A stretch of DNA of 64,000 nucleotides from Nitrospirota bacterium (GTDB taxonomy: Bacteria; Nitrospirota; UBA9217): positions 256,001 through 320,000 of the forward strand of contig CAVWHO010000010.1 of NCBI GenBank assembly GCA_963754875.1. Direction: 5' to 3'. The notes beneath the pieces were generated by a model. The model worked only from the letters and a program-made list of their open reading frames with translations. It was not told where the DNA came from and did not search any database. The position numbers and the translations under genes are program-made. This document shows, piece after piece, positions 49,651-60,995 of the stretch; positions within the stretch are counted from its first letter, which is position 1, and every line of letters starts with the position of its first letter.

Positions 49651-52026
49651 GTGACAAAAGAACAGTATGTCGATGAGCGTTACACTGCCCAACTCCACTA
49701 CTGGGCAACGCTCGGCCTCGGGGTGGGCTCTCTCATCGTCCTCATGCTTGTTCCTCTCGACTATGCGACCGTTCCGGCTCAATTCCGCTCATTTTTGGTA
49801 TACCGTCTCGTCGCCGCAAGCATCCTTTTTTTGCTGTATCTGGTCAACAGAAAAAGAGTAAATAGTGGTCTGCAGAACAGCTCCATAGTCACAGCAGGCG
49901 CAGTGGTCGCCGCCATGGTGGCCGCTATGGTCCACGACTTCCACGGTCATGAGTCGCCCTATTACGCTGGGTTCATCCTCGATGCCATATACGTCGCCGC
50001 TATCGTCCCGACATCATTCGGAGTAAACGTGCTCGCCGCGCTGCTCGTCTACTTCATTTACCTAGCGCCCATCCTTGCATACGACACGATCACGAACAAG
50101 CCATACTTCATGTCGGCGAATATCCTGATGCTTGCCTCATTTGCATCGCTGCTCCTGCTCCAGTATCTTAGGGGCAAGCAGACCCTGAAACAGTTCGATC
50201 TCGAATATGAGCTGCGCGCGAGCGAAGAGGAACTGCTTTATTTCCAAATGGCTGTGGCCAGCGCCACAGATGCAATAGGTATATCTACGCCTGATGGAAG
50301 GCATTATTATCAAAATGAGGCTTTTACTAATTTGTTCGGGTCATCGGTTAGTAAAGTAGCCGGTGCTTCAGAGCCACCGGCAACCATATACGCCGATGAA
50401 AAAGTGGGAAGGAAGATTTATGACATAATTATGAAAGGTGGTTCGTTCGCCGGCGAAGTGCAAATGTTCGATAAGAATAATGACCTAAAGGATATTTATG
50501 TTCGGGCATATTCTATTAAAAATAAAGAAGATAAAGTTGTCGGCCTAGTCGATATGCACACCGACATCACCGAGCAACGGCAGGCTGAGAAAAGACTCAG
50601 AAAGAGCGAAAGTCAATTACGCGAGTCCCAGAAGGTCGCCAAGCTGGGGAATTGGGATCTCGATCTTGTTTTGCAGAAACTTGAATGGTCGGATCAGACG
50701 TTCAGACTGTTCGATAAAAACCAAAAGGAGTTTGTGCCGTCCTTTAATGAGTTTACCCGGTTAGTGCATCCAAACGATCTTGATACGATGATGACCAATT
50801 TTGATAATGTGCTGAACAGCGACTCTCCTCACTACCATACGGTTGTCCGGATCATCAACGACTCTGGTCGCGAGTGGGTAATGGAAGCCCTTGGCGTTGT
50901 CAGGCGAGATACTTCCGGTAAGGCCCTCAGTATCTTTGGTACCGCTCAGGACATCACCGAACGTAAGCATGCCGAGAAGAAAATTCGACAGAGCGAGCAG
51001 TTCATCCGCAACATCCTCGACACAGTGGACGAAGGATTCATTGTCATTGACACTAATTATCGCATCCTGATAGCCAACAAGGCATACTGCAGCCAGGTGG
51101 GCGGTTGCGTTGAGAATATTATCGGACATCACTGCTATGAGATATCGCACAAAAAATGCCGGCCCTGTTATGAAGAGGGCGAGAACTGCGCGACACACCA
51201 GGCAATTGAAACGGGCAAGCCTCATTCCGCATTTCACTATTACAAAGACGCCAATGGAAATATTCTTTATGTAGAGACCAAGGCCTTCCCTATCAAAGAT
51301 GCATCCGGAACCGTAACCTCTGTCATTGAGACGATCAACAATATCACCGAAAAGCACCTTCTGGAAGAGGAAAAGAGACACCAGCAGGAGAAAGAGAAGA
51401 TCCTCATGGACATTCATGACGGGATCGGCGGCATAACGACCAATATCAGCCTGCTGTCCGAGGTGGCCCGGAAGGCGCAGTCCCCGGAAGACGTCAACAG
51501 GGCGCTCGCCACCATCGCGAACCTGTCGCGGGAGGGTTTGGGTGAGATAAGAAGCCTCATGCACAGCCTTGACAGTAAGGACCTGAGCTGGCATGCTTGC
51601 GTCGCGGAATTGAGAAACCAGGGCATGTCGATCGTCAAGGCCCACAAGATATCCTTTGACATGACTTCACAAATTGATGACGTCAGCGGCGAGCCCGGAA
51701 GCATTTTATATTTGAACCTATTCAGGATTTACCGTGAAGCCCTCACCAATATCGTAAAGCATTCTCAGGCAACCAAAGTCGTCGTCAGTTTCCGGGTCTG
51801 CATGGAGGACCTGACTTTGACCGTGCAGGACAACGGCCGGGGACGGGATCGTTCTGCCACCCTGAACCGAGGCAGGGGGTTGACCAATATGAAAAACCGG
51901 GCAAATGAGATCGGGGGGGCAGTCACTGTCTCGACGGATGAGGGGACGTGCGTCTGTGTCACGGTTCCACTCCTCATGAAATCCCCAACCAGCCCGATTG
52001 AATTTTCGAAAAAGGTTCTCGAATAA
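49651..52026 (+). CDS. Sensor histidine kinase (multi-TM input, 3 PAS, HisKA_3, HATPase)
   Basis: TM domain with HGHESPYYAGF; PAS ends DITEQR/DITERK/NITEK; MDIHDGIGG, REALTNIVKHS, DNGRG, GRGLTNM; GTG start with AAGGAGG RBS. Confidence 0.93.
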   Translation: MTKEQYVDERYTAQLHYWATLGLGVGSLIVLMLVPLDYATVPAQFRSFLVYRLVAASILFLLYLVNRKRVNSGLQNSSIVTAGAVVAAMVAAMVHDFHGHESPYYAGFILDAIYVAAIVPTSFGVNVLAALLVYFIYLAPILAYDTITNKPYFMSANILMLASFASLLLLQYLRGKQTLKQFDLEYELRASEEELLYFQMAVASATDAIGISTPDGRHYYQNEAFTNLFGSSVSKVAGASEPPATIYADEKVGRKIYDIIMKGGSFAGEVQMFDKNNDLKDIYVRAYSIKNKEDKVVGLVDMHTDITEQRQAEKRLRKSESQLRESQKVAKLGNWDLDLVLQKLEWSDQTFRLFDKNQKEFVPSFNEFTRLVHPNDLDTMMTNFDNVLNSDSPHYHTVVRIINDSGREWVMEALGVVRRDTSGKALSIFGTAQDITERKHAEKKIRQSEQFIRNILDTVDEGFIVIDTNYRILIANKAYCSQVGGCVENIIGHHCYEISHKKCRPCYEEGENCATHQAIETGKPHSAFHYYKDANGNILYVETKAFPIKDASGTVTSVIETINNITEKHLLEEEKRHQQEKEKILMDIHDGIGGITTNISLLSEVARKAQSPEDVNRALATIANLSREGLGEIRSLMHSLDSKDLSWHACVAELRNQGMSIVKAHKISFDMTSQIDDVSGEPGSILYLNLFRIYREALTNIVKHSQATKVVVSFRVCMEDLTLTVQDNGRGRDRSATLNRGRGLTNMKNRANEIGGAVTVSTDEGTCVCVTVPLLMKSPTSPIEFSKKVLE

Positions 52027-52111
52027 GGATCAAGTCCTTACTTTTTTACTACGTTTTGAAAATAGAATTGATTTTTACTGATGAGAAAAATGCGGTAAAT
52101 TACTGATTTTG

Positions 52112-52200
52112 TGGTGCCGCTGACCGGGATCGAACCGGTACGACAGTTGCCCGTCGAGAGATTTTAAGTCTCTTGCGTCTGCCAATTCCGCCACAGCGGC
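52112..52200 (-). tRNA. tRNA-Leu (anticodon UAA)
   Basis: Reverse complement GCCGCTG...AGAGA-CTTAAAA-TCTCT, long variable arm, GGTTCGATCC, CAGCGGC-A-CCA. Confidence 0.97.
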
Positions 52201-52382
52201 ATGGGTGAAGGAAATTTCGTTGTCTTGAATATTATAGAATCACCCCGATTTGTCAAGAAAAATATGGGAAACTCAAATGAGATGAGGCGGGTTGGTTGGC
52301 AAGGTTTGGTGTATCGATATGGTCAATCAGGGAGGAGCGAAGGGGCGGTTTCCCGCCCCCTGCTCGTGTATCACCGTTGAAG

Positions 52383-52565
52383 CTATTCCAGGGATATTGC
52401 CGTCACCGGGCAGCTGTCCACTGACTGCTGGCAATCGCATGTATCACAGGCATTCGGGTTTGTGACCCATGCCTTGTCATCCCTGAGCTCGAACACTTTG
52501 GGGCAGAGTTCAGAACAGAGCCCGCAACCGATGCAGAGATCCATATCAACTTTTGGGGTGGCCAT
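52383..52565 (-). CDS. Small monocluster ferredoxin
   Basis: CIGCGLCSELCP ... CPVTAI; AAGGAG RBS. Confidence 0.92.
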   Translation of the reverse strand: MATPKVDMDLCIGCGLCSELCPKVFELRDDKAWVTNPNACDTCDCQQSVDSCPVTAISLE

Positions 52566-52671
52566 GATTACTCCTTTCTCATAACATAGATGATTTCTTG
52601 AAAATTGGAAACCTTTCTACTTTCTTTACTGACACTCTATCATAAGTCGGATGGTGCCTCCATGATTTATG

Positions 52672-53697
52672 TCATACCTTCCCGTCATGAACGTCCCCCA
52701 GCATATCCAGTACCGCGTCCGTGACCTCTTTCACCGATATGCTGTTCATACAGTCAAGATGGACAGCATTCGAGCACGTATTGCTTCTACAGGGAACACA
52801 AGGGATGTTTTTGGCTTGAATGACCCGATGGCCGATTCCCACCGGCCCCGTACGGTCCGGGTCGACGGAGCCGAACAGGCCCAGAACGCGGGTACCGACA
52901 GCGGTGGCGAGGTGCAGCGGCCCCGTATCTCCACTGACCAAGAGATCGCACTTCCTCAAAACAGCGCCAAGCTCGAGCAATGTCGTCTTTCCCGCAAGCA
53001 CCAGCGGCTTTGCCTTTCTGGCGGCATTGGCGATTGATTCTGCGAGGGCTGCATCCTCCTTTCCCCCGATGATTACGATCTTTGCTGAGATCTTTTCCGC
53101 CAGGGTATCAGCGAGCGCAGAGAATTGATGAGCGCTCCATTGCTTCACGGGATTGCTCGCGCCGGGGTTAAGGGCAATAACGATGCCTGTCGTATGTCCT
53201 TCGCGCAAAAAAAGGTCATCGGCAAATTTATCGTCGTCCTTGCCCGTATAGAGTTCCAAGGTGCGATTTTGTTCATGAATCCCAAGAGGCGCGATGGTCT
53301 CCAGGTAATTGTCGAGGACGTGGACGCCCTGCTTCCGCGACTTGTGATACACCAATACGCGGCAGGGGAGGGCGGCCGACGCGAGAACCCATGTTTTCAG
53401 GTTGCTTCGCTGAAAATGGATTACAAGATCGATTTTTTTGCTGTGCAGGGTCTTCCAAAGTTTCAGGAGCGAGGCGAGGGACCGGTGCTCTTCCCGCTTA
53501 TCAAACACAATGACTTCGTTCACATGGGGATTATGCTGAAACAGCGTTGCGGTGGCGTATGTGCCTACCAGGAGGGCAATACGGACACCGGGATATTTGG
53601 TTGAAAGCGCCCGGATAACCGGAGTGAGTTCGAGCAGATCACCGATGGCGCCGGGTTTAATGATGAGGATGTTCGATATCGCATGCTCTTTATTCAT
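52672..53697 (-). CDS. Glycosyltransferase family 9 (LPS heptosyltransferase-like)
   Basis: ILIIKPGAIGDL, NPGAS..KQW, SGDTGPLHLA, LFGS..P..TGP. Confidence 0.92.
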   Translation of the reverse strand: MNKEHAISNILIIKPGAIGDLLELTPVIRALSTKYPGVRIALLVGTYATATLFQHNPHVNEVIVFDKREEHRSLASLLKLWKTLHSKKIDLVIHFQRSNLKTWVLASAALPCRVLVYHKSRKQGVHVLDNYLETIAPLGIHEQNRTLELYTGKDDDKFADDLFLREGHTTGIVIALNPGASNPVKQWSAHQFSALADTLAEKISAKIVIIGGKEDAALAESIANAARKAKPLVLAGKTTLLELGAVLRKCDLLVSGDTGPLHLATAVGTRVLGLFGSVDPDRTGPVGIGHRVIQAKNIPCVPCRSNTCSNAVHLDCMNSISVKEVTDAVLDMLGDVHDGKV

Positions 53698-53898
53698 ACG
53701 CAATTGGGCCGCTTTGATAAAACAAGCAGGTGGCATAATAATATAATTCCCGGACCTCTGCAAGGCAAAATGTATTGCCGCAATCTGAGCGCGGAATGAT
53801 GCTTTACAATAAAAGTCTTTACAAATGAACGGGTTTCAAATATTATATCCCCGTCCGTGGGGAGATATTTAGTGCTTCATGGACATGAACGGAGCACT

Positions 53899-54693
53899 AT
53901 GAAGCGAGTCTCGTTGATTTTCTGTGCATTGCTGGTTGTGGCGCAAACGTCAGGGGCCGAGCCTACCCGCCCGGTGCTGCACGATAATGTAAAGACCGTA
54001 AACCATGCTTTCTCTGCGGGAGAAAAGCTGACTTACAGCGTCAGCTGGTCCACTGTCATAGAAGCCGGCATCGCCGTCCTGGAGGTGAAGGAGGGAAACG
54101 AGGTCGAAGGCAAACCGACATACGATCTCCTTTCGAATACGAGGTCTGTCGGCGTCCTCGATCTGGTCTATCCTGTGCGGGATACGGTTGAGAGTGTTAT
54201 CGATGCGCATGAACTGTACAGCCTGTCGTTTCGCCTTCAGGAAAGTCACGGGAAAAAGACGCGGCAGCGGACCATGGACTATGATCGCGCCAAAGGCACG
54301 GTCCGCGTTTCCGTAAATAACGGCACACCGGCAATATACGCCGTGCCGGACCGTATTCAGGATGCGCTTTCTTCGCTCTACTACGTCCGCACGCGGGATG
54401 ATTTTGTCATCGGGAAGGCGATCGTTGTGGACGTTCACGACGGCGACAAAACCTATGCCGTCGAAGTGCACGTGATGGGCAGGGAACATATCAAGACGCC
54501 CGCAGGAGAGTTCGATACCATCAAAGTCAAGACCTATCCGAAATACGAAGGCGTATTCATGCACAAGGGCGAGATCTACATGTGGCTTACCGATGATGCG
54601 CGAAAAATACCCGTGCTTATGAAGAGCGAGATAGCCATAGGCTCCATCGTGGCCACGCTCGTTGATATACAAGAAAGAAAGGACCAGCCATGA
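53899..54693 (+). CDS. DUF3108 family exported protein
   Basis: GEKLTYSVSW, QDALSSLYYVR, E.IKTPAGEFDTIKV, WLTDDARKIPV. Confidence 0.82.
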   Translation: MKRVSLIFCALLVVAQTSGAEPTRPVLHDNVKTVNHAFSAGEKLTYSVSWSTVIEAGIAVLEVKEGNEVEGKPTYDLLSNTRSVGVLDLVYPVRDTVESVIDAHELYSLSFRLQESHGKKTRQRTMDYDRAKGTVRVSVNNGTPAIYAVPDRIQDALSSLYYVRTRDDFVIGKAIVVDVHDGDKTYAVEVHVMGREHIKTPAGEFDTIKVKTYPKYEGVFMHKGEIYMWLTDDARKIPVLMKSEIAIGSIVATLVDIQERKDQP

Positions 54694-55684
54694 TTTCAAA
54701 AACGGAAAACAAACGGTTTAACAGCGTCATCGACCGTTTTCCGTCCACCCGCATTCTCGTCGTCGGTGACATCGTGCTCGACCATTATATCTGGGGAAAA
54801 GTCTCCCGCATATCGCCCGAAGCGCCGGTCCCCGTCGTGAACGTGACCAAGGAAAGCCTGCTTCTGGGCGGTGCAACGAACGTTGTGCAGAACATCCATG
54901 CGCTCGGCGGTTCGGTAAGCGTGTGCGGCGTGATCGGCACGGATGATGCGGGGAGGCAACTCCAGCGCCTGCTCCGTTCCCAAAAAATTACCACCGACGG
55001 CCTCATTATGGAACCAACCAGGCCGACGACAATCAAGACCCGCATCATCGCGCATAGTCAGCAAGTCGTACGCTTCGACCGCGAGACAAAAGACCGCATC
55101 GGAAAAGACACACACCGGAATGTATTCGAGTTTGTCAAACGCCGGATAGCGGAGGGTCTCGACGCAATCGTACTGTCCGATTATTGCAAGGGCGTCGTCA
55201 CCAGGGAACTCGTGAAGGACATCGTCCGGCTGGCAAAGAAAAACCGGGTGATCGTGTCCGTGGACCCGAAAGTGAGCCACTTCGGCATGTACAGCGGCGC
55301 CACGATCCTGACGCCGAATGCCAACGAAGCCGCGATCGGCTCCAAGATCGAGATCCAGGATGACCAATCTCTCCTTAGGGCGGGAACCCTCCTGCTTAAA
55401 AACCTCAGATGCGCCGCCGTATTGATCACCCGCGGTGAGCAGGGGATGAGCCTTTTTGAACAGGGGGAAAGGTCACCCACATTCCGACCGTCGCCCGTGA
55501 AGTATTTGATGTGACCGGTGCAGGCGATACGGTCATCAGCGCCCTTACGCTTGCAATGGCGGCCGGCGCCAGCATGCTGGATGCGGCCAGGATTTCGAAT
55601 TATGCGGCCGGCATCGTTGTCGGGATCGTCGGCACAGCAACGGTAACACCTGAAGAATTGAAAGAAAGAATAACTCATAGCTGA
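54690..55684 (+). CDS. rfaE1: D-glycero-beta-D-manno-heptose-7-phosphate kinase, frameshifted near 55465
   Basis: [36 protein letters not shown]; the PfkB signature [11 protein letters not shown] continues in another frame after a G5-A3 run, to TGA at 55682-55684. Confidence 0.92.
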
Positions 55685-55757
55685 TAGTTAGGCCCGCGCA
55701 TTGGCTTTACTCGTTTTTTTTGTATCCTGTACTCTCCCTGGTTCCAAGGAGCATTTC

Positions 55758-56640
<883 letters not shown>

Positions 56641-56651
<11 letters not shown>

Positions 56652-57207
56652 GTTTGAAAAAGTCGAAATTCCGGGACCCGTACTCATTCGTCCCCGGATA
56701 TTCGACGACGGCCGCGGTTTTTTCCTCGAATTGTACAAACATTCGGACTTCGTAAACGCGGGGATTACGCAGCACCTCGTCCAGGACAATTTATCGAAGT
56801 CATCGCAAGGTGTGCTTCGGGGGCTCCATTATCAGAAGAATCCCAGGGCCCAGGGGAAAATGGTCTTGTGCATCAAAGGCAGGATCTTCGACGTCGCCGT
56901 GGACATTCGCAAGGGCTCGCCGCATTTCGGGAAATGGGTGGGTGCGGAACTTACTGAAGAGAACCGGCACCTGTTCTATGTGCCGCCCGGCTTTGCCCAT
57001 GGGTTTCAGGTCCTGAGCGACACGGCAGAAGTGATGTACAAGTGCACGGAAGAGTATTCACCCTCCGATGAACGGGGGATCATCTGGGACGATCCGGACA
57101 TTGCCATTGCCTGGCCGCTGCCCCAACCGGTCCTGTCGGACAAGGACAAGATCAATCCCCGGTTACGCGATGCAGACAACAATTTCGAGTATTCTCCTTC
57201 ATTATGA
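56641..57207 (+). CDS. rfbC: dTDP-4-dehydrorhamnose 3,5-epimerase
   Basis: [30 protein letters not shown]. Confidence 0.96.
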
Positions 57208-58061
57208 AATATCTCGTTACGGGAAAAAACGGACAGCTCGCCCGGGAATTTATTCGTACGTTCGAAGAGCAAGCGATCGATTTCATCGCTCCTGATGAAG
57301 CCCATCTCGACATCACCGCTTTCGAAAAGGTAAAAGCCGTAGTGGGCGAGTACCGGCCTGATGTCATCATCAACTGCGCTGCTTATAATCTTGTTGACAA
57401 AGCCGAGCAGGAAAAAAGCGCGGCAAATGCGGTAAACGCAGCAGGTCCGCATAACCTGGCGCAGGCCGCGAACGCACAAAAGGCCGTGCTCGTGCATTTC
57501 GGTTCCGACTACGTTTTCGATGGCGCGAAAGAGAATGGGTTATATTCCGAGGACGATGCCGTCAACCCGCTGAACGAATACGGGAAGAGCAAGCTTGCCG
57601 GCGAACAGCATGTTCTGGAAACGAACGACCGGTCTTTGGTCCTGAGACTGAGTTGGGTCTTCGGCCCGGGGAAACAGAATTTTCTCTTCAAGCTCCGCGA
57701 GTGGACCAGGAACAGCGAATATCTCAAGATCGCCTGCGATGAGTTTTCAGTGCCGACCTCGACCGCCACTGTTGTCGACTTGACGATGAAGGCTCTCGCG
57801 CAAGGAGTAAACGGACGTTACCACCTGACGAACAGCGGCTACTGTTCCCGGTACGAGTGGGCCAGGGTGGCGCTCAGCCGCATGGGCATCAGGAAATTCA
57901 TCAGGCCGGTGTCCATGGATTCGTTCAACCTTCCCGCGAAAAGACCGAAGTTCTCGGCCATGAGCAACAGCAGGATCGCGAGCACCCTGAACATACCGAT
58001 TCCCTCATGGGAAGAAGCGGTCGAATCATTCCTGGGAAAAGGCGGATTAATTGGTGAGTAA
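57204..58061 (+). CDS. rfbD: dTDP-4-dehydrorhamnose reductase
   Basis: [34 protein letters not shown]. Confidence 0.95.
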   Translation: MKYLVTGKNGQLAREFIRTFEEQAIDFIAPDEAHLDITAFEKVKAVVGEYRPDVIINCAAYNLVDKAEQEKSAANAVNAAGPHNLAQAANAQKAVLVHFGSDYVFDGAKENGLYSEDDAVNPLNEYGKSKLAGEQHVLETNDRSLVLRLSWVFGPGKQNFLFKLREWTRNSEYLKIACDEFSVPTSTATVVDLTMKALAQGVNGRYHLTNSGYCSRYEWARVALSRMGIRKFIRPVSMDSFNLPAKRPKFSAMSNSRIASTLNIPIPSWEEAVESFLGKGGLIGE

Positions 58062-59193
58062 TGTGAATACGCGGGGAGCAGAAAGTCTCAATCTCCGGTC
58101 GGCGAATATCCTGGTGACGGGCGGCGCGGGGTTTATCGGTTCGAATTTCGTCAGGCATATATTTGAGAAAACCGACTTCAAAGGGACAGTCGTTAATTAT
58201 GACAAACTGACCTATGCCGGCAACCTTGCAAACCTGAGGGATATCGAAAGTAAATTCGGCGGCAGGAGCTATTTTTTCGAGCGTGGCGATATTAACGATT
58301 TCGAAAATATCGGAAACGTTTTTAAAAAATACAGCATTAACGTTGTTGTCCACTTTGCAGCTGAGAGCCATGTGGACCGCTCGATTTTCGGGCCAAAGGA
58401 TTTTATTGAGACGAACGTCAACGGGACCTTCAGCATGCTCGAGACGTCACGTCAGGCCTGGTCGAATCGCAAAGACGTGCGGTTTCATCACATCAGCACG
58501 GACGAGGTCTACGGATCGCTCGGCGACAGGGGCTTTTTTTACGAGACGACCCCTTACGACCCCCGGAGTCCTTATTCGGCGTCAAAGGCCGGATCGGACC
58601 ATCTGGTAAGGGCATATTTTCATACCTATGGATTGCCGGTCACCGTCTCGAACTGCTCGAACAATTACGGTCCTTATCATTTTCCCGAAAAGCTGATTCC
58701 GCTGATGATATTGAACGCCGTCGAAGGAAAACCGCTTCCTGTCTATGGAGACGGCAAAAACGTGCGCGACTGGCTTTATGTCGGGGACCACTGCGAGGCG
58801 ATCTGGCAAATACTGGAAAAAGGCAGGACAGGGGAGACCTATAATATCGGCGGAGAATGCGAAAAGCAGAACATCGAAGTCGTAAAAACGATCTGCGACC
58901 TGTTGGAAAAACTCTATCCCCTGAAGGACAACAAAGGCATTCAAAATGCAAAGCTCAAAATTCAAGACTATGGCGAACTCATCACATTCGTGGGCGATCG
59001 GCCGGGGCATGACCGCCGGTATGCCATCAACTGCGACAAGATCAAAAAAGAACTGGGCTGGAAACAGCAGCATAGTTTCGAGGACGGCCTGAAAAGCACG
59101 ATAGAATGGTACCTGGAAAATACCGCCTGGATTGACAATATCAGGAGCGGCGGCTATTCGAAATGGATTGATAAGAACTACGGCGGAAGATAG
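58051..59193 (+). CDS. rfbB: dTDP-glucose 4,6-dehydratase
   Basis: [47 protein letters not shown]; start uncertain. Confidence 0.96.
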   Translation: MVSNVNTRGAESLNLRSANILVTGGAGFIGSNFVRHIFEKTDFKGTVVNYDKLTYAGNLANLRDIESKFGGRSYFFERGDINDFENIGNVFKKYSINVVVHFAAESHVDRSIFGPKDFIETNVNGTFSMLETSRQAWSNRKDVRFHHISTDEVYGSLGDRGFFYETTPYDPRSPYSASKAGSDHLVRAYFHTYGLPVTVSNCSNNYGPYHFPEKLIPLMILNAVEGKPLPVYGDGKNVRDWLYVGDHCEAIWQILEKGRTGETYNIGGECEKQNIEVVKTICDLLEKLYPLKDNKGIQNAKLKIQDYGELITFVGDRPGHDRRYAINCDKIKKELGWKQQHSFEDGLKSTIEWYLENTAWIDNIRSGGYSKWIDKNYGGR

Positions 59194-59296
59194 CAAAGCG
59201 CAGAGAGCCGAGGACATAGCGCAGAGAGTAAAAGCTAGACTCCATGCCCTATGCTCTATGCTCTATGCTTCTACGCCATGCCCTATGCGCTCTGCT
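59191..59296. repeat. Intergenic heptamer array with inverted copies (GCA[T/G]AG[A/C] ... CTATGC[T/C])
   Basis: gcaaagcgcagagagc...catagcgcagagag, then ccatgccctatgctctatgctctatgc...ccatgccctatgcgctctgc. Confidence 0.8.
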
Positions 59297-59321
59297 TAAC
59301 TCTTAACATGCGAGGAGGATT

Positions 59322-60656
59322 ATGCGAATATCAGTAATCGGAACCGGCTATGTCGGACTGGTGACCGGCACCTGTCTTGCCGAAAGCGGCAACGACGTCA
59401 TCTGCATGGATGTCGATTCGAAAAAGATCGGGATGCTCAACTCCGGGAAGGTACCTATTTACGAACCGGGACTCGAGGAACTTATCAAACGCAATGTGGA
59501 ACATGGGAGATTGACTTTCACCACGGATATGGTCAATGCCGTGCGGACCTCTGAATTGATTTTTATCGCCGTAGGCACCCCGCCGGGAGAGGACGGATCA
59601 GCAGACCTCAAGTACGTTATCAGCGCTGCCAGGGAAATCGGCAGGCATATGAACGGTTATAAGATCATCATCAACAAGAGCACGGTACCGGTAGGGACCG
59701 GCGACAAGGTCAGGGCGGCGATTGCCTCTCAAACGAAGCGTAAATTCGATGTGGTCTCCAATCCGGAGTTCCTGAAAGAAGGGGCTGCCGTGGAAGATTT
59801 CATGAAACCGGACCGCGTCGTTATCGGCGCCAACAGCGCCAAAGCAAAGGAAATCATGCTGGACCTTTACGCACCTTTTGTCCGCAAAGGGGACCGGATC
59901 CTCATAATGGACATCAAAAGCGCTGAAATGACCAAGTATGCATCCAATGCGATGCTGGCAACCAAAATATCGTTCATCAACGAAATGGCGAATATTTGCG
60001 CCGGCCTCGGCGCCGACATCGACAGCGTGCGCCGCGGCATGGGATATGACAGGCGCATCGGTTTCGAGTTCCTCTTTCCCGGCGTAGGATACGGGGGCTC
60101 TTGCTTTCCGAAAGACGTAAAAGCCCTTGCCCAGACTGCGCAGGACATCAACGTCGATGCACAGCTGCTCAGATCCGTAGAGGCGGTGAATGAACGTCAA
60201 AAAAGCCTTCTCTCCGGCATGATCCTGCGTCATTTCTCCGGTTCGGCAGGACAAAAGAGCGTGAAGTCCAAAAAACCGCTGACCGGGAAAACAATTGCGG
60301 TCTGGGGCCTGTCGTTCAAACCGAAGACCGATGACATGCGCGAAGCTCCTTCGGTAGTCATAATCAACAACTTGCTCCGCGCCGGAGCAGCGGTCAACGC
60401 TCACGATCCCGTTGCCATGAACGAGGCGCGCAAGATCTTCAAGAACAGGATCAACTACATGGAACAAGATTATGACGCTCTCCGAGGGGCTGATGCTCTG
60501 GCCGTTGTGACCGAGTGGAGCGAATTTCGGAACCCCGATTTCAAGAAGATAAAAAAACTGATGAAAAAACCGGTCATTTTCGACGGCAGGAATATATACA
60601 CCAGGGAAGAGCTGCTGAAAGCCGGGTTTACGTATTACGGTATCGGAAGAAGATAA
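59322..60656 (+). CDS. ugd: UDP-glucose 6-dehydrogenase
   Basis: [47 protein letters not shown]. Confidence 0.96.
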   Translation: MRISVIGTGYVGLVTGTCLAESGNDVICMDVDSKKIGMLNSGKVPIYEPGLEELIKRNVEHGRLTFTTDMVNAVRTSELIFIAVGTPPGEDGSADLKYVISAAREIGRHMNGYKIIINKSTVPVGTGDKVRAAIASQTKRKFDVVSNPEFLKEGAAVEDFMKPDRVVIGANSAKAKEIMLDLYAPFVRKGDRILIMDIKSAEMTKYASNAMLATKISFINEMANICAGLGADIDSVRRGMGYDRRIGFEFLFPGVGYGGSCFPKDVKALAQTAQDINVDAQLLRSVEAVNERQKSLLSGMILRHFSGSAGQKSVKSKKPLTGKTIAVWGLSFKPKTDDMREAPSVVIINNLLRAGAAVNAHDPVAMNEARKIFKNRINYMEQDYDALRGADALAVVTEWSEFRNPDFKKIKKLMKKPVIFDGRNIYTREELLKAGFTYYGIGRR

Positions 60657-60995
60657 GATATGGAGCGAGCCGACCATGTCGGCGTAAAGACGTTAAGGCG
60701 TAAAGCTTAAAGAACGGCAACACGGTTGCCTTGGTCCAAGAGATATGGAGCAAGCCGACCATGTCGGCGTAAAGACGTTAAGACGTAAAGCTTAAAGAAC
60801 GGCAACGCGGTTGCCTTGGTCCAAGAGATATGGAGCAAGCCGACCGTGTCGGCGTAAAGACGTTAAGGCGTAAAGCTTAAAGAACGGCAACGCGGTTGCC
60901 TTGGTCCAGAAGATATGGAGCAAGCCGACCGTGTCGGCGTAAAGACGTTAAGACGTAAAGCTTGAAGAACGGCAACGCGGTTGCCTTGGTCCAAA
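60656..60995. repeat. Tandem repeat, 4 x 85 bp, each unit with two palindromic hairpins
   Basis: Units start at 60656, 60741, 60826 and 60911; each has GCCGAC-N3-GTCGGC and GGCAAC-N3-GTTGCC; two extra CCTTGGTCC copies trail to about 61024. Confidence 0.95.

Noticed and set aside
49334..52111. Active prophage or integrative element
   Set aside because: No integrase, transposase, phage or conjugation genes; only att-like scars
60656..60995. CRISPR array or guide-RNA array
   Set aside because: Units are near-identical over their whole length with no unique spacers, and no cas or other effector gene is in the window
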